Positions 5,566 to 14,636 of a stretch of 32,000 nt of DNA are shown in pieces. Each line of letters opens with the position of its first letter. Position 1 is the first letter of the stretch. The DNA lies in contig NZ_SLUK01000009.1 of assembly GCF_004340125.1 (NCBI RefSeq), positions 69,885-101,884 of the forward strand, in the 5' to 3' direction. The notes beneath the pieces are model-generated. The model had not been told where the DNA came from and searched no databases. It saw only the letters and a program-made list of their open reading frames with translations. This DNA is from Harryflintia acetispora. GTDB lineage: Bacteria > Bacillota > Clostridia > Oscillospirales > Ruminococcaceae. A program made the translations under genes and the position numbers.

Positions 5566-7884
5566 ATGATTACGACGATTGTGAAACGCGACGGCAGAAC
5601 GGTGCTCTTTGACATCCAGAAGATCGCGCAGGCCATCTTCAAGGCGGCGCAGGCGCTGGGCGGGCAGGACTTTGACACGGCGCTGGAGCTCGCAAAAGAG
5701 GTGGTGCGCCGCCTCGAGGAGGAGGGGGCGACCACGCCGAGCGTGGAGCATATCCAGGATACGGTGGAGGAGGTGCTCGTGGACAGCGGCCATGCGCGCA
5801 CCGCCAAGGAGTTCATTATCTACCGGGCCCAGCGCTCGCGGGTGCGGGAGATGAACACCAAGCTGATGAAAATCTATGAGGACATCACCTTCAAGGATGC
5901 CAAGGACAACGACATCAAGCGGGAGAATGCCAACATCGATGGGGACACCGCGATGGGCTCTATGCTCAAATACGGCAGCGAGGGCGCCAAGCAGTTCTAT
6001 CAGATGTTCATCATCAACCCAAAGTTTTCCCAAGCGCACGCGGACGGGGACATCCATATCCACGACATGGACTTCTATACCCTGACTACCACCTGTACCC
6101 AGATCGACCTGGACAAGCTCTTTACCGGGGGCTTTTGCACCGGGCACGGCTTCCTGCGCGAGCCGGGGGAGATCCGCACCTACGCGGCCTTGGCATGCAT
6201 CGCCATCCAGTCGAACCAGAACGACCAGCACGGCGGGCAGAGCGTGCCCAACTTCGATTACGCCATGGCCAAGGGGGTGGCGAAGACCTACCGCAAGCAG
6301 TATATCCAGAACCTCGGCAAGGCGCTGGAAATCCTGGTCGACTGTGAGGAGCCGCATAAAAAGGCCAAGGAGCTGATCCGGGCCATCGAGGAGGAGAGCG
6401 GCAAGAGCCCGCTGCTGGAAAACGGCAACGGCTTCGGCAAGCTGCTGCTCGCAAAGCTCGCGGAGCTTTGCGACGAGCGCATGGCCGGCAAGGTGCTGCG
6501 CTTTACCGAGAAGGAGGCCAAGGCCGAGACCGAGGATGCGACCTATCAGGCGATGGAGGCGCTGGTGCACAACCTCAACACCATGCATTCCCGCGCCGGG
6601 GCGCAGATCCCCTTCTCGTCCTTAAACTACGGCATGGACACCTCGCCCGAGGGGCGGCTGGTGATCCGTTCCATCCTGATGGCGACCGATGCGGGGCTGG
6701 GCAACGGCGAGACCGCCATCTTCCCGATCCACATCTTCAAGGTCAAGGAAGGGGTCAACTACAACCCCGGCGAGCCGAACTACGACCTCTTTAAGCTCGC
6801 CTGTAAGGTTTCGGCCAAACGGTTGTTCCCGAACTTTTCCTTCCTCGACGCGCCCTTCAACCTGCAGTACTACCGCCCCGGCCATCCCGAGACCGAGATC
6901 GCCTACATGGGCTGCCGCACGAGGGTGATCGGCAACAACTACGACCCGTCGCGCGAGATCGTGAACGGGCGGGGGAACCTGAGCTTCACCTCGGTCAACC
7001 TGCCGCGGCTGGCCATCAAGGCGGGGGGCAACGTGGACCTCTTCTTCGAGATGCTCGAGGACAAGATCCAGCTCATCGCCGAACAGCTGATGGAGCGCTA
7101 CAAAATCCAGGCGGGCAAGAAGGTCAAAAACTACCCCTTCCTGATGGGGCAGGGCGTCTGGCTGGATTCGGACAAGCTGGGCCCCGAGGACACGGTGGGT
7201 GAGGTGCTCAAGCACGGCACGCTGACGCTGGGCTTCATCGGGCTGGCCGAATGCCTCAAGGCGCTGGTGGGCAAGCACCACGGCGAGAGCCCCGAGGCGC
7301 AGAACCTGGGGCTGGATATCGTGGGCTACATGCGCAAGCGTATGGACGACTACACCCGGGAGACCGGCTTCAACTACACCCTGATCGCCACTCCGGCGGA
7401 GGGACTCTCCGGACGGTTTGTGAAGCTCGACCGGGAGCGCTACGGCGTGATCGAAGGGGTGACCGACCGGGAATACTACACAAATTCCTTCCATGTTCCG
7501 GTCTATTACGGAATTTCGGCGTTTGACAAGATTAAGATCGAAGCACCCTACCATGCGATGACCAACGCCGGGCACATCTCCTACGTCGAGCTCGACGGCG
7601 ACCCGCTGCAGAACCTCGACGCCTTCGAGGCGATCGTGCGCTGCATGAAGGAGAGCGGCGTGGGCTACGGGTCGATCAACCATCCGGTGGACCGGGACCC
7701 GGTCTGCGGGTACACCGGGATCATCGGGGACGAGTGCCCCCACTGCCACCGCGCCGAGGAGGAGGGCCCGCACTTTGAGCGGATCCGCCGGATCACCGGA
7801 TACCTCGTCGGGACGGTGGAACGCTTCAACAACGCCAAGCGCGCCGAGGAACACGACCGGGTCAAGCACAGCGTGGCCCTGTAA
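5566..7884 (+). CDS. nrdD: Anaerobic ribonucleoside-triphosphate reductase (class III)
   Basis: 772 aa. N-terminal ATP-cone (MITTIVKRDGRTVLFDIQKI). C-terminal Zn-Cys cluster (CGYTGIIGDECPHC). Glycyl-radical motif RRITGYLVG. Confidence 0.95.
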   Translation: MITTIVKRDGRTVLFDIQKIAQAIFKAAQALGGQDFDTALELAKEVVRRLEEEGATTPSVEHIQDTVEEVLVDSGHARTAKEFIIYRAQRSRVREMNTKLMKIYEDITFKDAKDNDIKRENANIDGDTAMGSMLKYGSEGAKQFYQMFIINPKFSQAHADGDIHIHDMDFYTLTTTCTQIDLDKLFTGGFCTGHGFLREPGEIRTYAALACIAIQSNQNDQHGGQSVPNFDYAMAKGVAKTYRKQYIQNLGKALEILVDCEEPHKKAKELIRAIEEESGKSPLLENGNGFGKLLLAKLAELCDERMAGKVLRFTEKEAKAETEDATYQAMEALVHNLNTMHSRAGAQIPFSSLNYGMDTSPEGRLVIRSILMATDAGLGNGETAIFPIHIFKVKEGVNYNPGEPNYDLFKLACKVSAKRLFPNFSFLDAPFNLQYYRPGHPETEIAYMGCRTRVIGNNYDPSREIVNGRGNLSFTSVNLPRLAIKAGGNVDLFFEMLEDKIQLIAEQLMERYKIQAGKKVKNYPFLMGQGVWLDSDKLGPEDTVGEVLKHGTLTLGFIGLAECLKALVGKHHGESPEAQNLGLDIVGYMRKRMDDYTRETGFNYTLIATPAEGLSGRFVKLDRERYGVIEGVTDREYYTNSFHVPVYYGISAFDKIKIEAPYHAMTNAGHISYVELDGDPLQNLDAFEAIVRCMKESGVGYGSINHPVDRDPVCGYTGIIGDECPHCHRAEEEGPHFERIRRITGYLVGTVERFNNAKRAEEHDRVKHSVAL

Positions 7885-7954
7885 AAAATGATTGAGGGCG
7901 GTCCGGGTTCCCGCATGGGCGCCGGGCCGCCCCGTTTTATTCGGAGGAAGAGGG

Positions 7955-8473
7955 ATGGAGGAAAAGAAGATCATGGTCGCGGGGCTGGTGCCCGAGTCGA
8001 TCGTGGATGGGCTGGGGCTGCGCTTCACCGTTTTCGTGCAGGGGTGCCCCCATCACTGCGAGGGATGTCACAATCCGCAGACCCACCCCTTCGAGGGGGG
8101 GGAGGCGCTGAGCGCCGGGGAAATCTTCACCCACATGGAAAAGAACCCGCTTATTTCGGGAGTGACCCTGTCGGGCGGCGAGCCCTTCTGCCAGGCCGAG
8201 GCGCTGCTCCCCTTGGCGAAGCTGGTCAAGGGGAAGGGGCTGCACCTTTGCTCCTACAGCGGGTACACCTTTGAGGAGTTGGTGGAGATGGGGAAGAGCC
8301 GGCCGCCGGTGAAAGAGCTCCTGGAGCTCTGCGACGTGCTGATCGACGGACGGTTTATCCTGGCCGAGCGCACCCTCGAAAAGCGCTTTGCCGGCAGCCG
8401 CAACCAGCGGGTGCTGGATGTGCGCCGCTCGCTGGAGGAGGGGAAGCCGGTGCCGCAGGAAGAGTGGCAGTAA
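7955..8473 (+). CDS. nrdG: Anaerobic RNR activating protein (radical SAM)
   Basis: In frame with ORF 7892-8473. ATG 7955 follows a GGAGG. The CPHHCEGCHN radical-SAM cluster is present. The gene is directly downstream of nrdD. Confidence 0.9.
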   Translation: MEEKKIMVAGLVPESIVDGLGLRFTVFVQGCPHHCEGCHNPQTHPFEGGEALSAGEIFTHMEKNPLISGVTLSGGEPFCQAEALLPLAKLVKGKGLHLCSYSGYTFEELVEMGKSRPPVKELLELCDVLIDGRFILAERTLEKRFAGSRNQRVLDVRRSLEEGKPVPQEEWQ

Positions 8474-8535
8474 GGCGGATAAATAGGATTCCCAAGGGGC
8501 CAAGGCGCCGACGGCGCCATGCCCTTTGGGCGGGT

Positions 8536-8558
8536 GCGGGCAGAGCCCGCGACTTTTC
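8536..8558 (+). terminator. Terminator after nrdG
   Basis: Stem GCGGGC-aga-GCCCGC followed by GACTTTTCC. It is preceded by a second GC hairpin at 8493-8527. Confidence 0.5.
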
Positions 8559-8804
8559 CGGATTGCTGATACTCGCCGTGACGAAATCTTTCCAAGGATC
8601 AGGAAGGGAGCAAAAAGCTCCCAGTGGGAGGTTTTTGCGAGGGGAAACCCTATCAAGGGGTTTCCCCTCGGCCGCAGGGTTTGCCCGGCTGCGGGCTGGG
8701 GCGCCGTTGTACGGGCGAACCCCAGCCTGCGGCCGGCGGAAAGGTGGAGCTCGCTGCCCCCACAAACTACCATGCCGGTCCGACCCGATTTAACAATCGG
8801 TTCA

Positions 8805-8832
8805 TTGCTTTCGACAAGCCGCATGCTATAAT
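8805..8832 (+). promoter_or_regulatory. Candidate promoter TTGCTT-16-TGcTATAAT ending 6 nt before the SBP start codon
   Basis: TTGCTT at 8805-8810 and an extended -10 TGCTATAAT at 8824-8832. The ATG at 8839 would be at or near the TSS, giving a leaderless-like arrangement. Confidence 0.45.
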
Positions 8833-8838
8833 AAGGGC

Positions 8839-10431
8839 ATGAAGAAGTATCTGCAAAGAATCCTGTCTTTATTTCTGATATTCTCGTTAATCTTGCCTCT
8901 GGCCGCCTGCAGCGACGGCACAGGGGCCGCCTTGCGTTATGATATTTCCACGGTGATCACCAACCTGGACCCGCAGTACGCCGACGGGGAGGACGCCAAG
9001 ATGGTCATCCGCAACGTCTTCGAGGGGCTGTTTTGCTACGATGAGGAGGGCAAAGCCGTACCCGCCGCCGCCGAGAGCTATGGGATTTCGGCCGACGGGC
9101 TGGTCTACACCTTCCAGCTGCGCGAGGGGATGCACTGGTCGGACGAGGCGCAGACCCCCATCACTGCGAACGATTTTGAATTCGCTCTCAAGCGCCTCTA
9201 TAACCGGGATTATCAAAGCCCGTTTGCCGACGATTTCCTCTGCCTGAAAAATGCGCAGGCGATCCTCGGCGGCAGCATGCCGCCCTCCGCGCTGGGGGTG
9301 AAGGCGACGGGGACCTACACCTTGGAAATCACGCTGGAATACCCCGCCCCCCAGCTGCCCGAGCTGCTCTGCTCGACGGCCGCCATGCCCTGCAACGAGG
9401 TGTTTTTCACCGAGACCAAGGGCCGCTACGGCCTGTCGGCGGACATGCTGCTGTATAACGGGCCCTTCTATGTGCGGCTCTGGGAGCCGGAGGAATACAT
9501 CCAGCTGCGCAAGAGCGATGATTACCGCGCGCCGCAGGAGACTTATCCCGCGCGGGTGACGCTCAGCGTCACAGACGGGCAGGAGCATTTGCGGCGCTTC
9601 CAAAGCGGGAAGACCGATGCGGCGGTGCTCAGCTATGACGAGCTGCAGCAGCTGAGGACGCAGCAGATAAACTATGAGCAGTTCGAGGATATCGTCTGGG
9701 TGATGGTCTTCAACCAACGGGTGCCGTTTTTAGAAAACCGCAACGCCCGCAAGGCCCTTGCGGGGGCGGTAAACCATGCCGCCTTTGCGCCGCTGCTGGG
9801 CAATGACCTGATTGATTCGGCCACCTTCCTGCCCCCATCGCTGACGATCTACTCGGAGAGCTACCGCAAGCTGGCCGGCTTTACGCGGGAGGGCAGCTAC
9901 CGGCCCAAGGAGGCCAAAGAGAGCTGGGCCAGGGCGCTACAGGAGGCCGGGGAGCCGCCGGTGCTCACCCTGCTGACTGCCGAGGGCTCCTCCCACCCGA
10001 TGACCGCCGGGGCGGTGCAAAAGAGCTGGCGGGACGATTTGGCGCTGGTGGTCAACATGGAGCAGCACCCGCTCGATGAGCTGAGCGCCCTGGTGCAGGA
10101 CGGGCAGTACCAGATCGCCATCCTGCCCATGCGCCCGGCCTCCTCCCGGCCCGAGGAGATGCTCGCGGACTTCCGCTCCAGCTCGGGGCGCAACCTGGCG
10201 GGGTACCAAAGCAAAACTTACGACGCGCTGCTCGAGAGGGCCGAAAAGGCCCGCGGCAAGGAGGAACTGCTCGCCGCCTGCAAGGAGGCCGAGGAGCTGC
10301 TTTATCAGGATGCGGTGTTGGTGCCGCTTTATTATCAGACCAGCTACTATGTGACCCCCAAAAAGGTGAGCGGCATCTATTTCTCGCCCTTCGCCGGGGA
10401 GATCAGCTTTCAGAAGGCGGTCAAGAAATGA
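8839..10431 (+). CDS. ABC transporter substrate-binding lipoprotein, family 5 (peptide/nickel, OppA/DppA-like)
   Basis: 530 aa. Lipoprotein signal with lipobox LPLAAC. The family-5 SBP-like length and sequence style fit. No permease or ATPase genes are adjacent. Confidence 0.8.
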   Translation: MKKYLQRILSLFLIFSLILPLAACSDGTGAALRYDISTVITNLDPQYADGEDAKMVIRNVFEGLFCYDEEGKAVPAAAESYGISADGLVYTFQLREGMHWSDEAQTPITANDFEFALKRLYNRDYQSPFADDFLCLKNAQAILGGSMPPSALGVKATGTYTLEITLEYPAPQLPELLCSTAAMPCNEVFFTETKGRYGLSADMLLYNGPFYVRLWEPEEYIQLRKSDDYRAPQETYPARVTLSVTDGQEHLRRFQSGKTDAAVLSYDELQQLRTQQINYEQFEDIVWVMVFNQRVPFLENRNARKALAGAVNHAAFAPLLGNDLIDSATFLPPSLTIYSESYRKLAGFTREGSYRPKEAKESWARALQEAGEPPVLTLLTAEGSSHPMTAGAVQKSWRDDLALVVNMEQHPLDELSALVQDGQYQIAILPMRPASSRPEEMLADFRSSSGRNLAGYQSKTYDALLERAEKARGKEELLAACKEAEELLYQDAVLVPLYYQTSYYVTPKKVSGIYFSPFAGEISFQKAVKK

Positions 10432-10444
10432 GAGGGTGGATAAC

Positions 10445-10885
10445 ATGGAGATCAGGAAAATGACGGCGGACGACTACGACGGAGTCTACCGGCTGTGGCT
10501 GGACACGCCGGGAATGGGACTCAACAACCTCGACGATTCGCGCGAGGGGATCGAGCGGTACCTGCGGCGCAATCCCGGGACCTGCTTCGTCGCGCAGAAG
10601 GAGGGACGGATCGTCGGCGCGATCATGAGCGGGCACGACGGGCGCCGGGGCTACATCTACCACACGGCGGTCGCCGTCCCCGAGCGCCGGCAGGGGATCG
10701 GCAGCGCGCTGCTCGCCGCCGCGTTCGATGCGCTGGAGCGCGAAGGGATCAACAAGGTCGCGCTCGTCGTGTTCGGACGCAACCGGGACGGCAACCGGTT
10801 CTGGGAGGCGAACGGGTTCACGTCCCGTGAGGATTTGGTGTACCGCAACAAGAACATCCGGGAGTTTATCCGCAACGATACCTGA
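10445..10885 (+). CDS. GNAT family N-acetyltransferase
   Basis: In frame with ORF 10436-10885. ATG 10445 follows GAGGGTGG. The acetyl-CoA motif is VAVPERRQGIGSALL. Confidence 0.85.
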   Translation: MEIRKMTADDYDGVYRLWLDTPGMGLNNLDDSREGIERYLRRNPGTCFVAQKEGRIVGAIMSGHDGRRGYIYHTAVAVPERRQGIGSALLAAAFDALEREGINKVALVVFGRNRDGNRFWEANGFTSREDLVYRNKNIREFIRNDT

Positions 10886-10934
10886 CAAAGCCGCGCACGG
10901 CAGGGGATACTGCCGTGCGCGGCTTTGTGCTTTC
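10886..10934. terminator. Bidirectional terminator (GNAT / GLUG paralog 1)
   Basis: 18-bp stem CAAAGCCGCGCACGGCAG / CTGCCGTGCGCGGCTTTG. Confidence 0.8.
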
Positions 10935-10942
10935 AGCCCGGT

Positions 10943-12214
10943 TCAGTGGGTCTGGAACACCTTGAGGGTGGGGTGGGAGGCCCCGGGCAGGAGCTCCCAG
11001 GCGCTGCCCTCCTGCCCGATGGAGAGGGCGGGCAGGTTGGAGGCTGTGGCGAAGCCGGAGGCGGCGAGCTGCACACAGCCCGCATCCAGCCCGCCGGCGT
11101 TGGACAGGCCGAAGGCGTGAGAGGCGCTGGCGCTCTGCCAGTAGCAGCCCGAAATGGAGGCGGTCCCGCCGCTGTTGGGCTGCACGCCGCCGATGAGCCC
11201 GCCGGAAGCGGGGCCGGATACGGTGGAGCCTAAGGAGTAACAGCGCAGGATGCTGCCTGAGTCGATTGCGCCGACCAGCCCTCCAGAAAAGCTGCCCGAG
11301 TTGTTTGCGGTGCAGGAGATGGTGTAGCAGTCGCTGACCTTCTGGCCACCGGAATAATAGCCGACCAGTCCGCCGGCGGTGAGGCCGCCGACGGTAATGG
11401 ACGAGTTTTGAGCATAGCAGCGATCGATGGAGCCTGTGCTGAGGCCGCAAAGGACGCCGCCGTTGTCTCTGGAAGTATAAAAGGAGGAGTCGGTCACACC
11501 GAGGTTTTGGATAGTCCCGCTGTTGCGGCCAAACAGCCCGGGATAATTCTGCGTTAGTGAGCAGGTGGCGTGGCTGACGGTGTAACCGCCGCCGTCGTAG
11601 GTGCCGGAGAAGAGGGCGGAGGAGATGCCGATCGGCGTCCAGTTGCCGTTGGCGGCGTTGCCGTCGCTGTCGTAGCCGGTAAGGTCGATGTCGTTGATCT
11701 GCAAAAAGCAAAGCCCCGCATCCAAGTGGCGGTTCAGATGCTGCAGCTGCGCCGGGGTGCTGACCCGGTAGGGGCTTTGCATGGTGCCATTTCCGGCGTA
11801 GAAGGCCCCGGCCGTCCCGGCGGCACAGCCGCAGGTGGGGGCGGTGGTGAAGGTTTTGCTGAGCGTCCCCTCTCGGTCCAGCCCCGCGCGGCCGGGGGCG
11901 ACATGGGCGGTGACCTTCAGCGTATAGTCCGCCGGACCTGCGGGATCGACGGCGCAGGGGAGATGGACCGTGACCTGCCCGGCGGCGGTGATCGTGACCC
12001 GGGCCTGCACCATGGGGGAGCCGGCGGCCGAGGCACCGGGATAAACCTCGAAGGTGTAGTCCTTTGTGCGCGGCGAGCGGGTGAAAGGAATATTGAGCCC
12101 GTAGTCGCATTCTTTGCCCGATAGGAGCTCGACGCTCAAGCCCGCCGCGGCGTGGACGCGCGCCGGGCAGGCGAGCAGGATCAGCAGGCAGACGGCAATC
12201 ATCAGCTTTTTCAA
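10943..12214 (-). CDS. Secreted GLUG-repeat protein, paralog 1
   Basis: Same frame as ORF 10943-12319. The start is taken as TTG 12214, with AGGAGG 8 nt upstream, giving MKKLMIAVCLLILLACPARVHA (a signal peptide). ATG 12202 is an alternative start. The protein has an Ig-like N-domain, a CGC motif and repeated GGLVG/GGLIG (GLUG) motifs. Confidence 0.85.
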   Translation of the reverse strand: MKKLMIAVCLLILLACPARVHAAAGLSVELLSGKECDYGLNIPFTRSPRTKDYTFEVYPGASAAGSPMVQARVTITAAGQVTVHLPCAVDPAGPADYTLKVTAHVAPGRAGLDREGTLSKTFTTAPTCGCAAGTAGAFYAGNGTMQSPYRVSTPAQLQHLNRHLDAGLCFLQINDIDLTGYDSDGNAANGNWTPIGISSALFSGTYDGGGYTVSHATCSLTQNYPGLFGRNSGTIQNLGVTDSSFYTSRDNGGVLCGLSTGSIDRCYAQNSSITVGGLTAGGLVGYYSGGQKVSDCYTISCTANNSGSFSGGLVGAIDSGSILRCYSLGSTVSGPASGGLIGGVQPNSGGTASISGCYWQSASASHAFGLSNAGGLDAGCVQLAASGFATASNLPALSIGQEGSAWELLPGASHPTLKVFQTH

Positions 12215-12242
12215 AGGGGACCCCTCCTGATTTGGGGCAGAG

Positions 12243-12267
12243 AAAAAGACCGTTAGCAAGGACTGCT
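12243..12267. repeat. E1 inverted repeat, gene-proximal arm
   Basis: AAAAAGACCGTTAGCAAGGACTGCT. Confidence 0.9.
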
Positions 12268-12313
12268 GGCGGTCTGTACCGGGCGGGAAGGGGGTGGATT
12301 TTGTCCGTTTTCC

Positions 12314-12342
12314 TTGCAAAACCCGCCAGAAAAGGGTATAAT
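12314..12342 (+). promoter_or_regulatory. Sigma-A promoter inside E1 (TTGCAA-17-TATAAT), facing away from GLUG paralog 1
   Basis: TTGCAA at 12314-12319, a 17-nt spacer, then TATAAT at 12337-12342. Confidence 0.7.
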
Positions 12343-12413
12343 TAGGGTAACATTACCAGTTGCTGGTTCGGATTATGAAGGAACTGGAAAAATTGGCGAG
12401 AAAAAAGGCCCCA

Positions 12414-12438
12414 AGCAGTCCTTGCTAGCGGTCTTTTT
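12414..12438. repeat. E1 inverted repeat, distal arm
   Basis: AGCAGTCCTTGCTAGCGGTCTTTTT is the reverse complement of the proximal arm with one mismatch. Confidence 0.9.
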
Positions 12439-12495
12439 TGTTTTTTCGCCCTCCCGGCGGGGGATGGAATTTCGCCGCCTTCCGTCAGGGAAAGG

Positions 12496-12524
12496 TTGTA
12501 TTATCAGGGCAAAAGTGGTAAAAT
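12496..12524 (+). promoter_or_regulatory. Candidate metG promoter (TTGTAT-17-TAAAAT, TG-extended)
   Basis: TTGTAT at 12496-12501 and TGgTAAAAT at 12516-12524. It lies outside cassette E1. Confidence 0.45.
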
Positions 12525-12578
12525 AACAAAACAGCTGCAAGCAGCCCCCGCATCAAACCGAATTTGGAGGAAAGTAAA

Positions 12579-14558
12579 ATGAGCAAGACATTCTACATCA
12601 CCACGCCGATCTATTATCCGTCCGGGCAGCCGCATATCGGGCACGGCTACTGCACCGTCGCGGCGGACGCTATGGCGAGGTATAAGCGAATGCAGGGGTT
12701 TGATGTCATGTTCCTTACCGGCACCGACGAGCACGGCCAGAAGATCGAGGACAAGGCCAAGGAGGCCGGGGTCACCCCCAAGGAGTATGTCGACAGGATC
12801 GTCGCCAATTTCAAAAAGCTCTGGGAGTGCTTTGAAATCTCCAACGACCGCTTCATCCGCACCACCGACGACTACCACGTCGAAGCGGTGCAAAAAATAT
12901 TTCGGCGCCTCTACGAGCAGGGGGACATCTACAAGGGCGAGTACGTCGGCAAGTATTGCACCCCCTGCGAGGCGTTCTGGACCGAGAGCCAGCTCGTCGA
13001 CGGCAAGTGCCCCGACTGCGGGCGCGAGGTCGCCGAGGCGCACGAGGAGGCCTATTTCTTCCGCCTGTCCGCCTATGCCGAGCGGCTGGTGAAATACTAC
13101 GAGGAGCACCCCGATTTCATGGAGCCGCAAGCCCGCTTTAACGAGATGGTCAATAATTTCATCAAGCCCGGGCTCGAGGATTTGTGCGTCTCGCGCACCA
13201 CCTTCAAGTGGGGCATCCCGGTGACCTTCGACGAAAAACATGTGGTCTACGTCTGGGTGGATGCGCTCTCCAACTACATCACGGCGCTCGGGTACGAAAA
13301 CGAAAAATACGATGATTTTGACAAGTACTGGCCTGCCGACGTGCACCTGGTGGGCAAGGAGATCATGCGCTTCCACGCGATCATCTGGCCGGCCATCCTG
13401 ATGGCGCTGGGCCTGCCGCTGCCCAAGAAGGTTTACGGCCACGGGTGGCTGCTGATGGACGGGGGCAAGATGAGCAAGAGCAAGGGGAACGTGGTCGACC
13501 CGTTCCTGCTCTGCGAGCGGTACTCCACCGATGCGATCCGCTACTTCCTGCTGCGGGAGATCCCCTTCGGCTCGGACGGCGTCTTCTCCAACGAGGCGCT
13601 CATCGGGCGGATCAACTCCGACCTTGCCAACGACCTTGGCAACCTGGTGTCCCGCACCGTGTCGATGGCGGGGAAATATTTCGGCGGCACCCTGCCCGCC
13701 GAGCGGGAAGCGGACGCGCTGGACGACGAGCTGACCGCCCTGGCGCAGGGGCTTTGCGCGCGGGTCGAGGCGGCCTATGACGGGATGCAGTTCCCGGTCG
13801 CGCTGACAGAAATCTTTAAGCTGGTCAGCCGCTGCAACAAGTATATCGACGAGACCATGCCCTGGAGCCTGGGCAAGGACGAAGGGAAGCGCGCGCGGCT
13901 GGCGAGCGTGCTGTATAACCTGCTGGAGTGCATTCGGATCACCGCGATCCTGATCACCCCCTGTATGCCCGCCACAGGCCCCCGGATCCTTTGCCAGATC
14001 GGGGCCGGGGAGGAAATCTCCTCCTGGGAGAGCGCCGGGAAGTTCGGGCTGCTGCCGCCGGATGTGACGACCAGCAAGGGCGAGGCGCTCTTCCCGCGGA
14101 TCGATGCCAAGAAGGAGCTCGAGGAGCTCGACGCGCTGGTGGAGGCCCAGAAGACGGCGGCCAAGGCGGCGCTGGAAGCGCCCAAGGCAGAGGCCAAGCC
14201 CGAGGAGAAGGAAGCGAAGGCCGAAGTCCCCGGGATCATCACCATCGACGACTTTATGAAGGTCGAGCTGCGGGTGGCCGAGGTGACTGCCTGCGAGCCG
14301 GTGCCCAAGGCCGACAAGCTGCTGCGTCTGGAGCTCGACGACGGGCAGGGCGGCCGGCAGGTGGTGTCGGGGATCCACCCGTGGTACGAGCCGCAGGACC
14401 TCATCGGCAAAAAGGTGGTCGTGGTGGCCAACCTAAAGCCCGCCAAGCTGCGTGGGGTGGAGTCGAACGGCATGATCCTCGCCGCTGACGCCGGGGACAG
14501 TGACGTGCGGGTGGTTTTTATCGACCACGACGTGCCCAACGGGTCGAGAATCCGCTAA
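12579..14558 (+). CDS. metG: Methionine--tRNA ligase with C-terminal tRNA-binding (Trbp111/EMAP-like) domain
   Basis: ATG 12579 follows GGAGGAAAG. It carries the HIGH motif (PHIGHGY), KMSKS (GGKMSKSKGN) and a Zn knuckle (CPDCG). The C-terminus reads KVELRVAEV...VVANLKPAKLRGVESNGMIL. Confidence 0.95.
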   Translation: MSKTFYITTPIYYPSGQPHIGHGYCTVAADAMARYKRMQGFDVMFLTGTDEHGQKIEDKAKEAGVTPKEYVDRIVANFKKLWECFEISNDRFIRTTDDYHVEAVQKIFRRLYEQGDIYKGEYVGKYCTPCEAFWTESQLVDGKCPDCGREVAEAHEEAYFFRLSAYAERLVKYYEEHPDFMEPQARFNEMVNNFIKPGLEDLCVSRTTFKWGIPVTFDEKHVVYVWVDALSNYITALGYENEKYDDFDKYWPADVHLVGKEIMRFHAIIWPAILMALGLPLPKKVYGHGWLLMDGGKMSKSKGNVVDPFLLCERYSTDAIRYFLLREIPFGSDGVFSNEALIGRINSDLANDLGNLVSRTVSMAGKYFGGTLPAEREADALDDELTALAQGLCARVEAAYDGMQFPVALTEIFKLVSRCNKYIDETMPWSLGKDEGKRARLASVLYNLLECIRITAILITPCMPATGPRILCQIGAGEEISSWESAGKFGLLPPDVTTSKGEALFPRIDAKKELEELDALVEAQKTAAKAALEAPKAEAKPEEKEAKAEVPGIITIDDFMKVELRVAEVTACEPVPKADKLLRLELDDGQGGRQVVSGIHPWYEPQDLIGKKVVVVANLKPAKLRGVESNGMILAADAGDSDVRVVFIDHDVPNGSRIR

Positions 14559-14589
14559 ATGAAAAAAGCGCAGCGCGCATAAAAAGCAT

Positions 14590-14627
14590 AAAAGCCCTCC
14601 TGCCGGCATGCCGGCAGGAGGGCTTTT
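14590..14627. terminator. Bidirectional terminator
   Basis: Perfect palindrome AAAAGCCCTCCTGCCGGCATGCCGGCAGGAGGGCTTTT. Confidence 0.85.
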
Positions 14628-14636
14628 CGCGGCGGG

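Larger units (their letters stand above)
12243..12438. promoter_or_regulatory. IR-flanked promoter cassette E1 (putative invertible promoter)
   Basis: 25-nt inverted repeats (24/25 match) bracket 146 bp that contain a consensus promoter. The cassette is homologous to cassette E3 at 19994-20180. Confidence 0.6.

Noticed and set aside
8464-8842. Several 70-110-aa ORFs in the nrdG-SBP spacer (8464-8793, 8526-8831, 8624-8842).
   Set aside because: There is no RBS and the frames overlap one another. The sequence is dominated by GC hairpins and the translations are Arg/Gly/Pro-rich. The region is treated as non-coding.
10866-12110. 414-aa alternative-frame ORF inside GLUG paralog 1.
   Set aside because: The translation is Arg/Pro/Leu-rich nonsense (RRRSRRSGGL...). 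It is in the same orientation but out of frame with a gene that has a signal peptide, an RBS and two paralogs.
12349-12563. T-box leader upstream of metG (a common arrangement in Firmicutes).
   Set aside because: There is no T-box sequence (AAnnnGGGUGGUACCGCG), no AG bulge or GNUGNA, and no specifier-loop arrangement. The region is better explained by the E1 inverted-repeat cassette plus a separate metG promoter.
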